Source: Gammaproteobacteria bacterium
GTDB taxonomy: Bacteria; Pseudomonadota; Gammaproteobacteria; Burkholderiales; SG8-39
Assembly: GCA_041499545.1 (NCBI GenBank)
Contig: JBGQKK010000002.1
Coordinates: forward strand, 1 to 37,752
Length of the DNA stretch: 37,752 nucleotides
Direction: 5' to 3'
In this document: positions 34,714 through 37,752 of the stretch, one piece after another
Layout of the letters: each line of letters opens with the position of its first letter
Numbering within the stretch: position 1 is the first letter of the stretch
Notes under the pieces: model-generated
The model's input: only the letters and a program-made list of their open reading frames with translations
Told to the model about the DNA's origin: nothing
Database searches by the model: none
Made by a program: the position numbers and the translations under genes

Positions 34714-36021
34714 ATGGACGGTTCAGAGGTTCTCCTCCTTTCCCGGGCGCAGTTCGGGCTGAACATCGGGTTCCACATCCTGTTCCCGAGCCTCACCATC
34801 GCGCTCGGCTGGATACTGCTCTATTTCCGCATCCGCTACGCCTGCTCGGGCGACCCCGCGTGGCTGGCGACCTACAAGCTGTGGACCAAGGTGTTCGCGC
34901 TGTCCTTCGCGATGGGCGTGGTGAGCGGCATCACCATGTCGTTCCAGTTCGGCACCAACTGGCCGGGGTTCATGCAGAAGGTGGGCAACATCGCCGGGCC
35001 GCTGCTCGCCTACGAGGTGCTGACCGCGTTTTTCCTCGAGGCGACGTTCCTCGGCGTGATGCTCTTCGGCATGAACCGGGTACCGGGGTGGGTGCACATC
35101 TTCGCCTCGGCCATGGTCGCGATCGGCACCACGCTCTCGGCCTTCTGGATCCTCGCGCTCAACTCCTGGATGCAGACGCCGGCGGGCCACGCGATGGACG
35201 CGGGGCAGATCGTCGCCGGGGATTGGTGGCAGGTGATCTTCAATCCCTCTTTCCCGTTCCGCTTCACCCACATGCTGCTCGCCTCGGGGCTCACCGCCGC
35301 GTTCGTGGTCGCGGGCCTATCCGCGTGGCGGCTGCTGCGCTCGGCCGAGGACGCGTCGGCGCGCGCCACGCTGCGCACGGGGCTGGTGCTCGCCGCGGTG
35401 CTCGCGCCGATCCAGCCTTTCGTCGGCGACCAGCACGGCCTCAACACGCTCGAGCACCAGCCGGCGAAGATCGCGGCGATCGAGGCGATCTGGAAAACGG
35501 AGACAAGCGTGCCGCTGGTTCTCTTCGCCATCCCCGACGACGACAAGCGCCGGAACGACTTCGCGATCGAGCTCCCCAAGGCGGCGAGCCTGCTCCTCAA
35601 GCACGACGTCGGCGCGGAGCTGAGGGGCATCGACAGCTTCGGATCGGACACCGCGCCGGTGGCCCCGGTGTTCTTCGCGTTCCGCGCCATGGTGGGGATC
35701 GGCATGCTGATGCTCGCCGCCGCCTGGGCGGGCGCCTGGGCGACGCGCCGCGGGAGGCTGCCGCCGCGCTGGATGCTGTGGACGCTCTCGGGCTTTACCT
35801 TCTCGGGATGGCTCGCGACCCTGTGCGGGTGGCTGGTGACCGAGATCGGCAGGCAGCCCTGGCTCGTCACCGGCATCCTCAAGACCGCCGACGCGGCTGG
35901 CGCGGCGTCGGGCGCCCAGCTCGGCGCGAGCCTGACCGGGTATGTGATTACGTATACAGCGATGTTCCTCGCCTACGTGGTCGTCCTGACGCACCTCGCG
36001 GGCAAGGGGGCTCACCCATGA
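34714..36021 (+). CDS. cydA: Cytochrome bd-type quinol oxidase subunit I (short Q-loop, CIO-like)
   Basis: The ORF track gives 34543-36021. Start placed at ATG 34714 (MDGSEVLLLSRAQFGLNIGFHILFPSLTI). Conserved blocks AYEVLTAFFLEATFLG, FTHMLLASG and FFAFRAMVG. 435 aa. Confidence 0.9.
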   Translation: MDGSEVLLLSRAQFGLNIGFHILFPSLTIALGWILLYFRIRYACSGDPAWLATYKLWTKVFALSFAMGVVSGITMSFQFGTNWPGFMQKVGNIAGPLLAYEVLTAFFLEATFLGVMLFGMNRVPGWVHIFASAMVAIGTTLSAFWILALNSWMQTPAGHAMDAGQIVAGDWWQVIFNPSFPFRFTHMLLASGLTAAFVVAGLSAWRLLRSAEDASARATLRTGLVLAAVLAPIQPFVGDQHGLNTLEHQPAKIAAIEAIWKTETSVPLVLFAIPDDDKRRNDFAIELPKAASLLLKHDVGAELRGIDSFGSDTAPVAPVFFAFRAMVGIGMLMLAAAWAGAWATRRGRLPPRWMLWTLSGFTFSGWLATLCGWLVTEIGRQPWLVTGILKTADAAGAASGAQLGASLTGYVITYTAMFLAYVVVLTHLAGKGAHP

Positions 36022-37010
36022 ACCTCGACCTGCCGCTCGTGTTCGCCGCCCTGATGGGGCTGGCGATGCTCATGTACGTGGTGCTCGACGGCTACGACCT
36101 GGGCGTGGGCATGCTCATGCCCGCGGCCGACGCGCGCGAGCAGGAGCTGATGGTCGCCTCGATCGGGCCCTTCTGGGACGCGAACGAGACCTGGCTGGTG
36201 CTCGGCGTGGGCATCCTGCTGGTCGCTTTTCCCGTGGCGCACGGCATCGTGCTGGGCGCGCTCTATCTGCCGGTCGCGGCGATGCTGATCGGACTCATGC
36301 TGCGCGGGGTTGCCTTCGAGTTCCGCGTCAAGGCCGAAGGCTGGCACCGCGAGCTGTGGAACGCGCTGTTCTGGTTCGGGTCTTTCCTCGCCTCGTTCGC
36401 GCAAGGGTTCATGCTCGGCCGCTACATCACCGGCTTTCATGCGGGGTTCGGCTATACGCTGTTCGCGCTCCTCGTGGGCGCGAGCCTGTGCGGCGGCTAC
36501 GTGCTGCTCGGGGCGACCTGGTTGATACTGAAAACGCAAGGCGTGCTGCAGGGCAAGGCGCTCGGCTGGGCCCGCTGGGGTCTCATGTGGGTCGCACTGG
36601 CCGTGGCGCTGGTCAGCCTCGCCACGCCGTTCGTGAGCGAGTCGGTGCAGGCGAAATGGTTCGACTTTCCGCGCACGCTCGCGCCGATGCTGCTGCCGCT
36701 TGCCACGCTCGCCGCAGGATGGTGGGTCTGGGCGAGCACCGGGCGCCTCAAGCGCGGAGAGCCCGAGTCCGACTGGGTGCCCTTCGCCGCGGCGGTCGCG
36801 ATCTTCGTTATCGCCTTCGCCGGGCTCGCCTACAGCCTGTTCCCCTACGTGGTGATCGACCGCATGACCATCTGGGAGGCCGCGTCGCATCCCTCCGCGC
36901 TCCGATTCATGCTCGCCGGCGTGGTAATCGTCCTGCCTTTCCTCATCGGCTACACCGCGTTCGCCTACCGCGTGTTCCGCGGCAAGGCGCGAGCCGGGCT
37001 GTACGAGTGA
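36018..37010 (+). CDS. cydB: Cytochrome bd-type quinol oxidase subunit II
   Basis: This is the last 330 aa of ORF 34860-37010. ATG at 36018 overlaps the cydA TGA (ATGA). MYVVLDGYDLGVGML...GPFWDANETWLV...LRGVAFEFR. Confidence 0.9.
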   Translation: MNLDLPLVFAALMGLAMLMYVVLDGYDLGVGMLMPAADAREQELMVASIGPFWDANETWLVLGVGILLVAFPVAHGIVLGALYLPVAAMLIGLMLRGVAFEFRVKAEGWHRELWNALFWFGSFLASFAQGFMLGRYITGFHAGFGYTLFALLVGASLCGGYVLLGATWLILKTQGVLQGKALGWARWGLMWVALAVALVSLATPFVSESVQAKWFDFPRTLAPMLLPLATLAAGWWVWASTGRLKRGEPESDWVPFAAAVAIFVIAFAGLAYSLFPYVVIDRMTIWEAASHPSALRFMLAGVVIVLPFLIGYTAFAYRVFRGKARAGLYE

Positions 37011-37078
37011 AAGAATTTCGCGATATGTGCGCTTTCGAACGGAACGCAAACCCCAGCTAACGCAGAATGAACGCAGGA

Positions 37079-37094
37079 TCCGCCTCGGGGCGGA
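37079..37094. terminator. Hairpin TCCGCC-TCGG-GGCGGA downstream of cydB
   Basis: 6-bp GC stem with a 4-nt loop, 69 nt after the cydB stop. No clear U-tract. Confidence 0.3.
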
Positions 37095-37168
37095 ACCTCT
37101 AAGCGTGGCTGATTGTCGAACTTGCTCGTGCGCCGCAATGGCGCGCTCGCGAAAGCGGAAAGAAGAAT

Positions 37169-37752
37169 ATGGCGAAGGCGCGGGTCTCGAAGTCCTCCAG
37201 CGTTGCCGGGCGGCACAATCACATCGCGCTCGTGCTTCAAGGCGGCGGTGCGCTGGGCGCGTATCAGGCCGGGGTCTACGAGGAGTTGTCCACAACGCCC
37301 TATCGGCCCGGATGGATCGCGGGCGTATCGATCGGGGCGGTCAACGCTGCGCTGATTGCGGGCAATCCGCCGGAGCGGCGCGTCGAACGGCTCTCGGAGT
37401 TCTGGCATCTGGTCTCCTCCGGCATGGGGCCGATGCCCGACACGCCGCCCGCGCCACCCTGGTTGAAAGCCGTGCAGGAAATGGTTCAACCGCGCAGCGC
37501 CTTCAACCAGTTCAGCGCCTTGTGGTCGGCGATGCTGGGCATTCCCGGTTTTTACCTGCCGCGTGTTCCGCCCGCCTTGCTGCAGTCCGACGGGACGCCC
37601 GGAGCGCTGAGCGTATACGACCCCGCGCCGCTGCGTGCGACGCTCGAACGGCTGGTCGATTTCGACCTGATCAACAGCAAGAAGGTTCGCTTGTCGGTGG
37701 GCGCGGTCAACGTGCGCAGCGGCAATTCGGAATACTTCGACAATTTCGACCG
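37169..37752 (+). CDS. Patatin-like phospholipase (5' part; continues beyond the window)
   Basis: ATG at 37169. MAKARVSKSSSVAGRHNHIALVLQGGGALGAYQAGVYEEL (GGGxxG oxyanion motif) and GVSIGAVNAA (GxSxG). Open to the window end, so it is absent from the ORF track. Confidence 0.8.
   Translation, partial: MAKARVSKSSSVAGRHNHIALVLQGGGALGAYQAGVYEELSTTPYRPGWIAGVSIGAVNAALIAGNPPERRVERLSEFWHLVSSGMGPMPDTPPAPPWLKAVQEMVQPRSAFNQFSALWSAMLGIPGFYLPRVPPALLQSDGTPGALSVYDPAPLRATLERLVDFDLINSKKVRLSVGAVNVRSGNSEYFDNFD

Noticed and set aside
34860-36017. N-terminal 386 codons of ORF 34860-37010 overlapping cydA
   Set aside because: An alternate frame of cydA. CydB starts at ATG 36018 with the canonical MNLDLPLVFAALMG... 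N-terminus.
37011-37168. cydX/cioZ-type small subunit gene after cydB
   Set aside because: The only ATG-initiated ORF reads MCAFERNANPS, which is not hydrophobic and is too short.

Overview
High-GC (about 65-70% by eye) chromosomal segment. Gene content suggests a beta-proteobacterium: many Bug/TctC solute-binding proteins and a beta-proteobacterial-type MutS. I support about 40 genes.

**Layout, left to right**
- (1) An anaerobic benzoyl-CoA ring-hydrolase gene (oah/bamA type). It sits divergent from a tightly packed operon: two-subunit 2-oxoglutarate:ferredoxin oxidoreductase (korAB), a diiron ferritin-like protein, RidA, a tandem double-hotdog thioesterase and a beta-carbonic anhydrase.
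- (2) tRNA-Arg(ACG), followed by a roughly 3 kb lower-GC islet: DUF3455 protein, SRPBCC protein, AraC regulator. It has no integrase.
- (3) DUF2237, a Spy/CpxP-like periplasmic protein, a lipoprotein metallophosphoesterase and mutS.
- (4) A roughly 10 kb catabolic island with four orphan Bug/TctC binding proteins, two LLM flavin oxidoreductases, two alpha/beta hydrolases, a PuuE-like deacetylase, an isochorismatase-like hydrolase, a frameshifted CMD gene and a LysR regulator.
- (5) A LysR-divergent oxidoreductase operon: cupin remnant, SDR, AKR, NADPH-F420-reductase-like protein, membrane protein.
- (6) An ECF41 (SigJ-like) sigma factor divergent from an operon of haloalkane dehalogenase, cytochrome b561, membrane-anchored thiol redoxin and DUF4345, plus a secreted MXKDX Met-rich repeat protein.
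- (7) A secreted LVIVD beta-propeller divergent from cytochrome bd (short, CIO-like) cydAB, then a partial patatin gene.

**Not found:** CRISPR arrays, IS elements or transposases, integrases, or recognisable defence systems.

**Most of the long ORFs in the track are spurious.** They are mirror or alternate-frame ORFs typical of high-GC DNA.

**Best candidates for something undescribed**
- The ECF41 module, with a mirror-symmetric bidirectional promoter and an unusual envelope-redox operon.
- The Bug/LLM/amidohydrolase island.

Both are hypotheses from sequence reading only.
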